Assembly: GCA_048885925.1 (NCBI GenBank)
Contig: JBHLLG010000073.1
Location: 1 to 13,839, forward strand
Length of the DNA: 13,839 nucleotides
Direction: 5' to 3'
Source: Candidatus Hermodarchaeota archaeon
GTDB taxonomy: Archaea; Asgardarchaeota; Lokiarchaeia; Sigyniarchaeales; SOKP01
In this document: positions 1 to 9,197 of the stretch, piece by piece
How the letters are laid out: each line of letters starts with the position of its first letter
Numbering within the stretch: position 1 is the first letter of the stretch
Position numbers and translations under genes: made by a program
The notes under the pieces: generated by a model
Seen by the model: only the letters and a program-made list of their open reading frames with translations
Told to the model about the DNA's origin: nothing
Databases searched by the model: none

Positions 1-39
1 CCATTTGGCAGCTAAATCAATTTTTTCTTCTAATTCCAT
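1..39 (-). CDS. 5' end of a gene truncated by the window edge (MELEEKIDLAAKW...); product not assignable
   Basis: ATG at 39-37 on the minus strand, 13 open codons to the edge, BRE/TATA-like motif about 23 nt upstream. The N-terminus is reminiscent of Sir2/CobB deacetylases but too short to call. Confidence 0.5.
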   Translation of the reverse strand, partial: MELEEKIDLAAKW

Positions 40-60
40 AAAAAACATAAAAATAATAGA

Positions 61-76
61 CTTTAAAAAGGTTTTT
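61..76 (-). promoter_or_regulatory. Putative archaeal BRE + TATA box for the gene starting at 39 (probably leaderless)
   Basis: Minus strand reads AAAAACC-TTTTTAAAG; spacing to the ATG fits a transcript starting at or near the start codon. AT-rich background lowers specificity. Confidence 0.4.
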
Positions 77-193
77 GCAAGAATATTTTCACTAAAAGTG
101 AAATTATTATCGATATTGCCTTTGAAAAAGCATTTAAATATTACCTTGATTAGTTAAGTAAAATTTCTATTTGACTGTACCTAAATTTTTTTT

Positions 194-916
194 CTAAATA
201 TTTAATTTACTTATCAGATTTTCAAAATTTCTCTCAAGATTATAATATTTTATCATATCGAGAGGTTCTTCGACATTATTTAAATTCTTAAGATTATGAG
301 AATCGCACCCAATTCCAACTGGAATTTCATATTCTTTTAACATTTTAAAAAATCTTTCATATTTTGGAGAATAAAAAGTAGCATAACTAGGGTTAAATTC
401 AAAATAAATATTATATTCTTTAAGAAATTTCATTAAAGGATCAAGGTTTTCTAAGATGAAATGTGAAGGATCAAAATGAGCTAATCCTAAGATTGGTAAA
501 TTAGTAAAATTAATTTTAGTATTTTTCCAGTGATTAATTATATTTTTGACAAAAGCAATTGTTTCATAACTTTGAAGATATTCAAATAAAATTAAATTAA
601 ATTCATCAATTTGTATATACTTACTTATAAATTGCTCAGAACTAGAAAGATCTATTTCTATTCCCTTTAGAAGTTTTAAATTTTTATTGTAAGTACTTAA
701 ATATTTTTGACAAATTGAAATTTCTTCTAAATAACTCGTAATTGTTTCATAATTATTGAGAGTAGAAACCCATGATTTCCAAGAATCAGTAAAATGATCA
801 GTTATAGCAATATAATCTAATTCTAACTTAATTGCTTTTTTTACAATTTGTTGGATAGTATTTTTTCCGTCTGAATAATTGGAATGAATATGCAGATTCA
901 TCTTTGGAAATAACAT
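194..916 (-). CDS. PHP-domain phosphoesterase (YcdX/HisK-like)
   Basis: PHP motifs in order: NLHIHSNYSDG, IAITDH, GIEID, LAHF, EFN, GCDSH. Confidence 0.9.
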   Translation of the reverse strand: MLFPKMNLHIHSNYSDGKNTIQQIVKKAIKLELDYIAITDHFTDSWKSWVSTLNNYETITSYLEEISICQKYLSTYNKNLKLLKGIEIDLSSSEQFISKYIQIDEFNLILFEYLQSYETIAFVKNIINHWKNTKINFTNLPILGLAHFDPSHFILENLDPLMKFLKEYNIYFEFNPSYATFYSPKYERFFKMLKEYEIPVGIGCDSHNLKNLNNVEEPLDMIKYYNLERNFENLISKLNI

Positions 917-971
917 TTTTCGAAATGTTCCCTTTTTTTTCCATTACACTAAAAAGAAATTGCCTATCATA

Positions 972-2858
972 TTAAATTCCTAATGTTCTAGTTTCCCTAT
1001 TGATATAAAGGTTAAATAATCCACTGAATAATAAAATTGTACCAAGAAATACTAAAGCTGTAAAAAATAAGTATTCTCCTGTTGTTTGGGATATGACTGT
1101 ACTTCCAAAAGTTATATTTTCTATCGAGATAATATCCAACATAAATAAAGTTATTAAAATAGAAATGAATATAAATGCAAAAATTTGAATAATTCCTATA
1201 ATGATATTGATGTAATATATGAGTTTTACTTTACTTTTTTTCAGTTCAATTATTTGTCCTATACCAATATCTATAGCTACTTCCTTTTTGTTTATTTTTT
1301 TAATGAAAAAGTAAACCAATTCTTTAAGAGGTATAATATCAAAAAAGATTGTACCAATTGAGAATATACAGAAAAATATTAATATACGAAGTAATCCAAA
1401 TGAAAATAAAGATGTAAATCCTTGGATTGAGGAACTAATAGTCCCTAAATTATTTATGATCCAAATAAATATCCCAACTAGTATAATTGCAAAAAATTTT
1501 AAACCTGCTATTGTCAAGATAATAGAATGGCGATCAGCTATCGTTAATAAATAATAAGTTACTCCAACAACGAAAATAATCAAACCGAGAAATACTGCAT
1601 TAATATTAAGTACAAATGCTAGAATTAAGCAAGTAGACCCTACAATCACGGGTAGATAAGGAAAGAATGGTGCTTTGAACGGGCGGTCTAATTCTCTCCT
1701 CTTATATCTGAGACTAACTGCGGCAAAATTTATGAATGCTAATCCAAAAAAATAGATAAAAGTTGTTATATTAGCAATAAATTCAATATTTGCAAAAATT
1801 CTGGCTAGGATTGTAAAAAGGATGGCTACAAGTGTAGTTATGATTAAAACTAGAGTAGGGACTTTTGTTTTTTTATTGAGCTTTATGAAACTTTTAGATA
1901 TATAGTTATCTCGTGCTAATGCATACATTACACTAACCGCAGAACCTAGAGCGGCATTCATAGCTATAAATGTTGAAATCGTTGCTGCAATTCCCATTAA
2001 TAAATATCCAGGAAACCCCAAAATTTTATTCATTATTAATGCTAATAGGATTGGAGAATCTTCTAAACCTGTACCATTGGGGCCAATATTAATCATTACA
2101 ACAATTGTTATAGAAATATAGATAAGTAATGTTATTAAAATTGCAAACATATTCGTTTTAGGAATATTTCTTGAGGGATTTTTTAAATCTGCATTTAAAT
2201 AAGCTAGATTTGAAGTAATGCTTGTAAAGAAAATAAATAATGATGAAAACATAAATATAATAGCAAAAAAATTAGTCTCAGATTGTAAAAAACTTGGATC
2301 ATATCCAGATATATTATTTATAGGAGCAATAAAAAATCCTGAAAAAATAAATATGCTAAATATTATCAATAATACAACGGTTAAAGATATAAGAGTTCTT
2401 AATGCAATTTTTTGAGTTCTAAAAACAACAATCGCAGTAAAAAGAATTGAAATTATAGCAATTACGAGAAATAAATTCTTAAGAATTTGAAATGGAAAAA
2501 AATTTTCTAATATAACAACAAAAACCTGAGCAGAAAATGAAAACGTAGCTATGTTTGCAATCCATAAAAAAAAACCAATTATAAAAGCTAAAAAACCCCC
2601 TAAAGCTTCCTTACTAAAATTGTATGCTCCACCAAATATAGGTAAGCTGGTTGATAATTCGCTATAATTTAGAGCTGTAATAAAAATTAAAATACCTCCT
2701 AGAATTAAGCTAATTAAAACACCAGATCTAGCTCTTTCAATTGCTGATCCTAATAGAATGAACATTGATCCCCCAATTCCACATCCAATTCCGTATATAA
2801 TTCCTGATAATAATCCAACATTTCGAGATGGGGGTGATTTTACTTCTTCTTCAATCAA
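972..2858 (-). CDS. APC-superfamily amino acid permease with a hydrophobic C-terminal extension
   Basis: GIGCGIGGSMF in TM1, YSELSTSLPIFGGAYNF, LKNPSRNIPK, YALARD, RPFKAPFFPYLP; about 12 core TM segments plus about 4 more; TTG start. Confidence 0.88.
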   Translation of the reverse strand: MIEEEVKSPPSRNVGLLSGIIYGIGCGIGGSMFILLGSAIERARSGVLISLILGGILIFITALNYSELSTSLPIFGGAYNFSKEALGGFLAFIIGFFLWIANIATFSFSAQVFVVILENFFPFQILKNLFLVIAIISILFTAIVVFRTQKIALRTLISLTVVLLIIFSIFIFSGFFIAPINNISGYDPSFLQSETNFFAIIFMFSSLFIFFTSITSNLAYLNADLKNPSRNIPKTNMFAILITLLIYISITIVVMINIGPNGTGLEDSPILLALIMNKILGFPGYLLMGIAATISTFIAMNAALGSAVSVMYALARDNYISKSFIKLNKKTKVPTLVLIITTLVAILFTILARIFANIEFIANITTFIYFFGLAFINFAAVSLRYKRRELDRPFKAPFFPYLPVIVGSTCLILAFVLNINAVFLGLIIFVVGVTYYLLTIADRHSIILTIAGLKFFAIILVGIFIWIINNLGTISSSIQGFTSLFSFGLLRILIFFCIFSIGTIFFDIIPLKELVYFFIKKINKKEVAIDIGIGQIIELKKSKVKLIYYINIIIGIIQIFAFIFISILITLFMLDIISIENITFGSTVISQTTGEYLFFTALVFLGTILLFSGLFNLYINRETRTLGI

Positions 2859-2920
2859 AATTATCGCACTAAATTTTTTCGAAAATGTAAATTTCTCTTA
2901 TTAAAAATAAATTAAAGATA

Positions 2921-4375
2921 TCATGATTTTTCTAAATGAAATATACCAGAAATAATTGATAATATAGCTCCAATTAAAATAAATAATCCCATTATAAAAC
3001 TATTTACATTTCCTAAATCAATAAAATTATAAAATACACCTACCGCCCAGATTACAAAAAATATTCCAATACCGATTAAAATTCCACCAAAAAATTTTGA
3101 GGTTCTATAGATTGCGGATAAAACTTCTAATCTATGAATCCTACTTTCTTTATCTCTTATCTCTTTTTCTTGATTTTCTAATTCTAATTTCAATTTTTGA
3201 AGAATCAATCTTGAATCATTTGTACTACTTTCTATAGCTTCTTTTGCTTTTCTTAATTTCTCATGCTCAGCTTCCACATGCTTTAACTTTTCAGTAAGAG
3301 CTTCTAGCCTCTCTTCTCTCTCAAGATATTCCCTATTTGAAGTTTCAATATCTTTCTTCAAATCATTTATTCTTTTTTCATTAGCTTCAATTAAATTTTC
3401 TTTACCAATAATTTGCTCAATCAAAGAATTTGCATCCTCGTTTAACTCTTGTTTTCGAGATTCAATTTCTATCAGTTGTTGTTGCTTATCCGATAACTGT
3501 ACTTTATATTTAGCAAGAAGTTCCTCATAAGTTTCTCTTTGTTTTTCCATTTCAGGAAATCCTTCTTTATATTCTTCAAGTCTAGCTTCAATCTCTTTAA
3601 TCCTTTTTTCTTTTTTATCAATTTGGTCGGTTAAAAGACTTTTTTCTTCTTCCTTAGCTTCTATTTCAGAATTCGAATGTTCCAATTCAATCTTATTCTT
3701 ACTAATTGATACCCTTAATGTCTCATTCTCAGCTCTTTGACTTCTTAATTTTTTTTCTAATGCCTCTGATTCTTCCTTTAATTTATTTAGATTATCTTCA
3801 CTTTCTTGAATTTCTTGATTTATTTTTGAGATTTTCGTACGAAGTTCATCTTGATTGGAAATTTTCTCCTTAATTGAGTCTGTAAGTACAATTAAATCTA
3901 CTTGTCGTGTCTCATATGTTTTTACTAATTGTTCATTATTTTTTAGAAGCTCCATATATTCTTCTTCTAAAGCTTCTTTACTTTCTTTAGTAATAGTTAT
4001 TCGTTCCTCTAAATTGTTCATTTCTTCAGTTTTTTTATTATATTTCTCCTCAAGCTGTTTAACAGTCTCTTCTATTGCAGCAAGATATTCTTCCTTATCA
4101 TCAATCTTTTTTATAATGTTATCGAGTCTACTTTGAGCTTCTTTTATTTCTCTGTCAATTTCTTCAATTTCTTTCTTCTCTATTTCTTTTTCCTCAGTAT
4201 CCTCACCATTTGTTATGGTTTCTGAGATGTCTTCTATACTATTTTCAACTTTTCTCAACGATTTATTAATCATATCCCTTGAATTTTTAGCTTTTGATAA
4301 AAATTCCTTATCAACTCTATCTGTTTCTCTTTCCGATTTGTTTTCCTTTTCTTCTCCTTTAAACTCGTTTGACAT
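2921..4375 (-). CDS. Long coiled-coil protein with two C-terminal transmembrane helices, function unknown
   Basis: About 400 aa E/K/Q/L/I-rich heptad pattern with a single Pro; ends FFGGILIGIGIFFVIWAVGVFY...FIMGLFILIGAILSIISGIF; no Walker motifs, so not SMC. Confidence 0.85.
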   Translation of the reverse strand: MSNEFKGEEKENKSERETDRVDKEFLSKAKNSRDMINKSLRKVENSIEDISETITNGEDTEEKEIEKKEIEEIDREIKEAQSRLDNIIKKIDDKEEYLAAIEETVKQLEEKYNKKTEEMNNLEERITITKESKEALEEEYMELLKNNEQLVKTYETRQVDLIVLTDSIKEKISNQDELRTKISKINQEIQESEDNLNKLKEESEALEKKLRSQRAENETLRVSISKNKIELEHSNSEIEAKEEEKSLLTDQIDKKEKRIKEIEARLEEYKEGFPEMEKQRETYEELLAKYKVQLSDKQQQLIEIESRKQELNEDANSLIEQIIGKENLIEANEKRINDLKKDIETSNREYLEREERLEALTEKLKHVEAEHEKLRKAKEAIESSTNDSRLILQKLKLELENQEKEIRDKESRIHRLEVLSAIYRTSKFFGGILIGIGIFFVIWAVGVFYNFIDLGNVNSFIMGLFILIGAILSIISGIFHLEKS

Positions 4376-4787
4376 TTTATTGTTTTTATGAATAATGGAT
4401 TATTATTTTTTATGATTCATATAAGAATTAGAATTATAAATTTTAAAATTTAATTTTAATTATTGCAAAACTTTTTTTGATCAAATAAATATTGATATAA
4501 ATAGAAATTTGTTTTGCATTTCATATTAGTTCTTATTTCATAAGATATTTATTCAGATATTTAAATTTTCATTTTTTCCTTTTTTTATTTACGAGATTAG
4601 ATAATTTCAATGAATAAATTTAAATATTCCCGATACATAAATGATAATTTGGATTTTTTAATGTTATATATTACATAAAAATAGGATTATTGTATCTTTT
4701 GACTAGATTGAAAAATATTGGTAAAGTTTTACTTATGATTCACGTAAAAAGAGATATTTTAATTAAGCTTAAATTCGATAATTTCTA

Positions 4788-5762
4788 CTAGCGTTTGCTT
4801 ATCTTTGTTCTGTTCATTAAATCTAAAACTTCTTCATATGATGTATTAGGCATAGGTCCAAAGGAATTAACTTTTAATGCTCCAACTGCATTTGCAAATG
4901 TACCAATTTTATTAAAATTCCATCCCATTATATATCCTACTATAAAAGCCCCTCCAAATGAATCTCCTGCTCCAGTAGGATCTTTTTCTATCACTGTAAA
5001 TGCCTTCACTTTCAATCCATTAAGATGGTCAGGAGTGAAGATTATACAACCATCCTTCCCTTGTTTTAATGCAATTATTTTTGGACCCATGTTGAGTAAC
5101 CTTCGACAGGCTTCATTTGTCCCTTCTATATTTGCTAACATCTCAGCTTCTTCGCCACTTGGAAGTAAAATTGTTGTTGCCTCTAATACAGGTTTACAAA
5201 TTTTTACAATTTTTTCTAATTCTAGCATTTCAGGTCTAAAATTTGGATCAAAAGAGATGATTACATTAGAATTGCATTCTTTAGCTAGTTTAATAGCTTT
5301 ATAACAAGCATCTCTAGATTTTTCACTAATAGAGAGTGAACTCCCCATAATATGGAGATTTTTTATATTCTTGAAATATTCTTCTTTAATATCTTTAGGA
5401 GATGTTTCACCTGCTGCACCTTTTGCAAAAATAAATTTACGAGAGCCATCAGAATTATATTGATTGAATGCAATACCTGTAGTCAAAGAAGTATTTACTC
5501 TAATTTGAGATACATCAACATTATCTTTTTTTAATTTCTCAATTATGCAGTCGCCAAATTCATCCTTACCAATTACTCCAATGAATCCAGCGGTTAATTG
5601 AAATTTGCTCCCCATTCGAGCTGCGCTATCAATGAATATTGCTGGAGCACCACTTGGAAATGGTCCCATATAAGTTGCACCATATTCATTATGTGGAATA
5701 TCAATTTCAGGACGCATAATTTCAACAAGTAGCTCACCAAGAGAAATAATATCAGGGCTCAT
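4788..5762 (-). CDS. PfkB/ribokinase-family sugar kinase
   Basis: SLGELLVEI, PSGAPAIF, GVIGKDEFG, SFDPNFR, LKQGKDG and signature DPTGAGDSFGGAF. Confidence 0.93.
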   Translation of the reverse strand: MSPDIISLGELLVEIMRPEIDIPHNEYGATYMGPFPSGAPAIFIDSAARMGSKFQLTAGFIGVIGKDEFGDCIIEKLKKDNVDVSQIRVNTSLTTGIAFNQYNSDGSRKFIFAKGAAGETSPKDIKEEYFKNIKNLHIMGSSLSISEKSRDACYKAIKLAKECNSNVIISFDPNFRPEMLELEKIVKICKPVLEATTILLPSGEEAEMLANIEGTNEACRRLLNMGPKIIALKQGKDGCIIFTPDHLNGLKVKAFTVIEKDPTGAGDSFGGAFIVGYIMGWNFNKIGTFANAVGALKVNSFGPMPNTSYEEVLDLMNRTKISKR

Positions 5763-5879
5763 TTTTATTATCTCAAATTTGTTTATTATGATTATAAAAA
5801 AGTTATCAAATCTTTAAAAACCAATTACGTTTTATTTAAAAGTAATTCTAAAATTAATCTTATTGAATATGAATAAGAA

Positions 5880-6719
5880 TTATTTCACAAATTTTTGTCT
5901 AAATGATTCAATAGTGTGTGAAATCTCTTCAATATAAAGTTTTAAATCTTTTGGATGGAGGGCTTTTAACTTATCAATATTCTCAATAATATTTTTTAAT
6001 TCATCAATCCATAAGTTTACTAGAATTTGTTTTTCTTTATTTTTGCAGGCTAGTTTAATTTCATCATTAATCAATTCTTTAGTACTTTCGAATATCTGTT
6101 TTTTTTGCACGTCAAGGGTTATTTTAACTAAATCTTGTTTACTTTTAATATCCTCTAAGATTGGTTTTAGATTATTCTGAAATTCTGAGTTCTCTTCATC
6201 GAATTTTTTAAACATATCTCTAAGAACCTCCTCTTTAGTATCAAATTCTTCCTTTAAATTCTTTAGTTTTAATGAAAAATCCTCATTACTTGTCTTGATT
6301 TTATCTATAAGAGACTTAATATCATGCTCAAGATTAACTACATTTGTGTTTAATTTCTGATTAATTTCGCTAAATTTCTCTTCCATATGAGTATTAAGTA
6401 TTTGAAAATTCTCTTCTAACTTTCTATTAAGCGTAGAAAATTTTTCTTTTAATTCTTCTTCAAATGTATAGGCTAAATCTTTAATTTTTGTAGTAGTAGC
6501 ATTTTGTTGACTTTCTAATTTTTGATCTACTTGCTTGAATTGATCTTTAAATTTCTGATCTAAATTATTAAATTGTTCAATTGATTTCGTTTCAAGGGTA
6601 TTAATTTGATCAATAGCTTTGAGTTCTGATTTTTTAAGTTGTTCACTTAACTTCTGATCGAGTTTAGAAACTTGGTCCTTTAATTTTTGGAAGTCTTTTA
6701 AAGAAATCTCTTCAGAAAT
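5880..6719 (-). CDS. 279-aa alpha-helical protein with eleven tandem 11-residue repeats; proposed ATT start at 6719 (ORF track gives only the last 168 aa)
   Basis: Frame is open for 111 codons upstream of ATG 6386, up to TAA at 6722-6720; context AGGTGAAATAA-ATT-TCT-GAA-GAG; repeat register runs unbroken through the internal Met. Confidence 0.8.
   Translation of the reverse strand: MSEEISLKDFQKLKDQVSKLDQKLSEQLKKSELKAIDQINTLETKSIEQFNNLDQKFKDQFKQVDQKLESQQNATTTKIKDLAYTFEEELKEKFSTLNRKLEENFQILNTHMEEKFSEINQKLNTNVVNLEHDIKSLIDKIKTSNEDFSLKLKNLKEEFDTKEEVLRDMFKKFDEENSEFQNNLKPILEDIKSKQDLVKITLDVQKKQIFESTKELINDEIKLACKNKEKQILVNLWIDELKNIIENIDKLKALHPKDLKLYIEEISHTIESFRQKFVK
6324..6686 (-). repeat. Protein-level tandem hendecad (11 aa / 33 nt) repeats, 11 units
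   Basis: KLKDQVSKLDQ/KLSEQLKKSEL/KAIDQINTLET/KSIEQFNNLDQ/KFKDQFKQVDQ/KLESQQNATTT/KIKDLAYTFEE/ELKEKFSTLNR/KLEENFQILNT/HMEEKFSEINQ/KLNTNVVNLEH. Confidence 0.8.
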
Positions 6720-6723
6720 TTAT

Positions 6724-6730
6724 TTCACCT
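6724..6730 (-). promoter_or_regulatory. Shine-Dalgarno-like motif AGGTGA upstream of ATT 6719
   Basis: Matches the archaeal GGAGGTGA consensus, 5 nt before the ATT codon. Confidence 0.65.
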
Positions 6731-6765
6731 TTTAATTTCTTTTTAAATTATTCCTTTTTAACTTT

Positions 6766-7806
6766 TTAAGCAATTATTTCATTCTTTTCAGTTTTTAATT
6801 GTTCTTTTTTAAAATCTGAAATAATTTTTACTAATTCAAATTCTTCTCGATTTAATTTTAATGCTAAATCTGAGATCTTCTCAAAGTCTTTCTTTGCTAA
6901 TGTTAAAAGACCAGTTAAATTATTAATTGTTTCTTCTACTGATTTGGTCTTTTTTAAATGTTTAATCGATTTATCAAATTCGGTTAAATTAATTAAAAAT
7001 TGATCCATAGCATTTGTAATTTGAATTTCATTGTTTTGTAACTCATTTTTAAGAAATTCATAATATTTTAAATCTTTATCTTCTTTCTTGTGATTTGCAT
7101 CCTTTTTAACCTTTAATTTTGGCTTTAATTTTTGAAAATATGAATCTATGTTGGTTACATTTAATAATTTGCTTTTTATTGTTTTTTCATCTTTTCCAAT
7201 TAATCTTAAAAAATCTGTAGCTGTATTATTTTGAACAAGATTAGGCATGATTATTTCTGCTTTTCGTAGAAATGTAAAAATTACTAACTCAAAGCATTCA
7301 TTAATATTTTCACCGGTCTTCGCTGAGACTAAATAAAGATGGTCTATTTTGGTTAATAATTCTTTTATAGCAGTTATCGCAAGCTTTTTCTCTTCAAGTA
7401 AATCCAATTTATTTCCAATGAAAAGGACTAAAACATCTTCAGAAAATTGATTTATATTTTTTAAAAATTCATTTTTAATACTTTTTAAGGTTTCTTTTGG
7501 TTTTGTTAAATCAAAAACTAAAAGAGCAATATCCACATTGGAATAATGATTAGCATTAAATGGATTAAATGACTTTTGACCTCCTAAATCCCAAATGTTA
7601 ATACCTATAATCGTTTGTTTCTTTTTTATTATATAATCTTTTCGATGAGTAATAGTTCCAATTGTTGGAATATATCTCTCTGGTATCTCTTTTCCTAAAA
7701 ATCTATCTATAATTGAAGTTTTCCCTACTTCTCCATCTCCAAGAGAAACTAATTTTAAATTAATTTTTTTATCCAAGTTAAAAGTCGCCAAACAATGAAA
7801 TTTCAA
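6766..7806 (-). CDS. Ras-superfamily (Rab-like) small GTPase with a ~165-aa helical/coiled-coil C-terminal extension
   Basis: G1 GDGEVGKT, G2 YIPTIG, G3 IWDLGGQ, G4 GNKLD, G5 SAKTGENI. Start uncertain (TTG at 7806, 7791 or 7776). No CaaX/CC prenylation motif. Confidence 0.92.
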   Translation of the reverse strand: MKFHCLATFNLDKKINLKLVSLGDGEVGKTSIIDRFLGKEIPERYIPTIGTITHRKDYIIKKKQTIIGINIWDLGGQKSFNPFNANHYSNVDIALLVFDLTKPKETLKSIKNEFLKNINQFSEDVLVLFIGNKLDLLEEKKLAITAIKELLTKIDHLYLVSAKTGENINECFELVIFTFLRKAEIIMPNLVQNNTATDFLRLIGKDEKTIKSKLLNVTNIDSYFQKLKPKLKVKKDANHKKEDKDLKYYEFLKNELQNNEIQITNAMDQFLINLTEFDKSIKHLKKTKSVEETINNLTGLLTLAKKDFEKISDLALKLNREEFELVKIISDFKKEQLKTEKNEIIA

Positions 7807-8080
7807 AGAATTAATATGTAAACTTTATAATAACTTTTAAAATGTTAACAAAATATGTTTTAATTTATTAATTCATAAAGAAACTAATATTTAAGTTCTC
7901 CTTAATAAAAAGTAGTTTTATCATATCTTTTTTTAGTTAAATCAATGTTTCTTTAAAGAATCAAATATCAAACTAATCATTTTTAAAGAGTATCAAACTT
8001 TATATTATTTTTTTATTTTTCACAATCAATATTATAATATTATTATAAATATTAAAACGAGTTAAAAGTGGTATAAGAAA

Positions 8081-9118
8081 ATGGGTTTACAGACAGACAT
8101 AACTGAAATGTTTGGAATTAAGCATCCAATTGTTGCTGCTCCTATGGGACCGTTTTATACAAAAGAATTAACTGTAGCAGTCTCTGAAGCAGGAGGATTA
8201 GGAGTTCTGAGTCATACTAATCTATTTGGAAAGAGTAGTTTGGAAGAAATGAAAAAAGATATGGAGTATGTGGTAGAATATACCGACAAACCTTTTGGAT
8301 TTAATATAAGAACATCAAGATTACAATTAGATGCTCCTGGACTATGTCGTGGGATATCAAAATTTATTATGGATAATCCAAAAATAAAAGAACAGTGTGT
8401 TTATGCTGTTACAAGCGCTGGTTCGGCAAAAACTTTACCCAAGACTAAGACATACCAAAAATTAAAGGAAGGCGGTTCAAATATAAAACATTTCCATGTA
8501 GCGCCCGCACTATGGCTTGCAGATAAATGTGTATCAGCTGAAACTGATGGTATGGTCATAACCGGTTGGGAAGGAGGAGGGCATCAAAGTTATGAAAGAA
8601 TTAGTACTTTAGTCTTATTACAGCAAGTTAAAAGAAAACATCCAAACACTCCAATAATAGCATGTGGTGGTTTTGCGAGTGGAGAAGGTTTAGCTTCCGC
8701 TTTAGCAATGGGAGCAGGTGGTATAGCAATGGGTTCAAGGTTCATTGCTTCAAAAGAAAGTGAATTTCATGAAAAATATAAAAATGTAATACCTCCCGCA
8801 AAAGCAAGCGATACTGAATATTGTTTAGGAGTGCTTGGTCCAATAAGGTTATGGCGTAATAAATATGCCCTTTCTCATAATCCTGTTACGAGTAAAGAAG
8901 AAAAGTTAGCTTTAGAGGCAAAAATAACGCCTCAAATGGCAATGGAAGACCAAAAGCATTATGAAATGACATATAAAGGTAATATAGATGAAGGGGCTGT
9001 ACTTTTAGGTCAGAGTATTGGCCTAATTGATTCGATAGACAGTGTAAAAGATATTATAGAAGAAATTGTCATTGATGCTGAAAAAAGGCTAAAAGAAGTA
9101 AGTTCTTATATAATATAA
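8081..9118 (+). CDS. Nitronate monooxygenase / FabK-like FMN-dependent oxidoreductase
   Basis: FGIKHPIVAAPM, AVSEAGGLG, TDKPFGFNI, GWEGGGH (catalytic His), PIIACGG, ALAMGAGGIAMGSRF, GQSIGLI. Confidence 0.92.
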   Translation: MGLQTDITEMFGIKHPIVAAPMGPFYTKELTVAVSEAGGLGVLSHTNLFGKSSLEEMKKDMEYVVEYTDKPFGFNIRTSRLQLDAPGLCRGISKFIMDNPKIKEQCVYAVTSAGSAKTLPKTKTYQKLKEGGSNIKHFHVAPALWLADKCVSAETDGMVITGWEGGGHQSYERISTLVLLQQVKRKHPNTPIIACGGFASGEGLASALAMGAGGIAMGSRFIASKESEFHEKYKNVIPPAKASDTEYCLGVLGPIRLWRNKYALSHNPVTSKEEKLALEAKITPQMAMEDQKHYEMTYKGNIDEGAVLLGQSIGLIDSIDSVKDIIEEIVIDAEKRLKEVSSYII

Positions 9119-9143
9119 ATTATTTATATTTTCCTTAAATACA

Positions 9144-9160
9144 TATATTTTTTTTCCTTT
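9144..9160 (+). terminator. Possible oligo-T archaeal terminator after the NMO gene
   Basis: T-rich tract about 30 nt after the stop at 9118. Confidence 0.35.
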
Positions 9161-9197
9161 ATTCAATTAGCTTTTAAATTAATCAGGTTTTGAGAAA

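Noticed and set aside
2218-2415. 65-aa plus-strand ORF
   Set aside because: Antisense shadow inside the APC permease; no motifs.
3855-4136. 93-aa plus-strand ORF
   Set aside because: Ser/Phe/Leu-rich antisense reading of a Glu/Lys-rich coiled-coil gene.
2921-4375. SMC/Rad50 or myosin call for the coiled-coil protein
   Set aside because: No Walker A/B, hinge or motor domain; resemblance is compositional only.
4376-4787. 412-nt intergenic region as an ncRNA, origin or hidden gene; includes TGCAAAAC/GTTTTGCA inverted pair (4464-4518)
   Set aside because: Extremely AT-rich, no convincing ORF, no ORB-like G-string repeats or cdc6 nearby; an 8-bp pair with a long spacer is expected by chance.
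4795-5534. Plus-strand ORFs 4795-5304 and 5352-5534
   Set aside because: Antisense to the well-supported PfkB kinase.
6766-7806. Roco or dynamin-like assignment for the GTPase
   Set aside because: No LRRs or recognisable COR domain; G-box spacing is that of a compact Ras-family domain.
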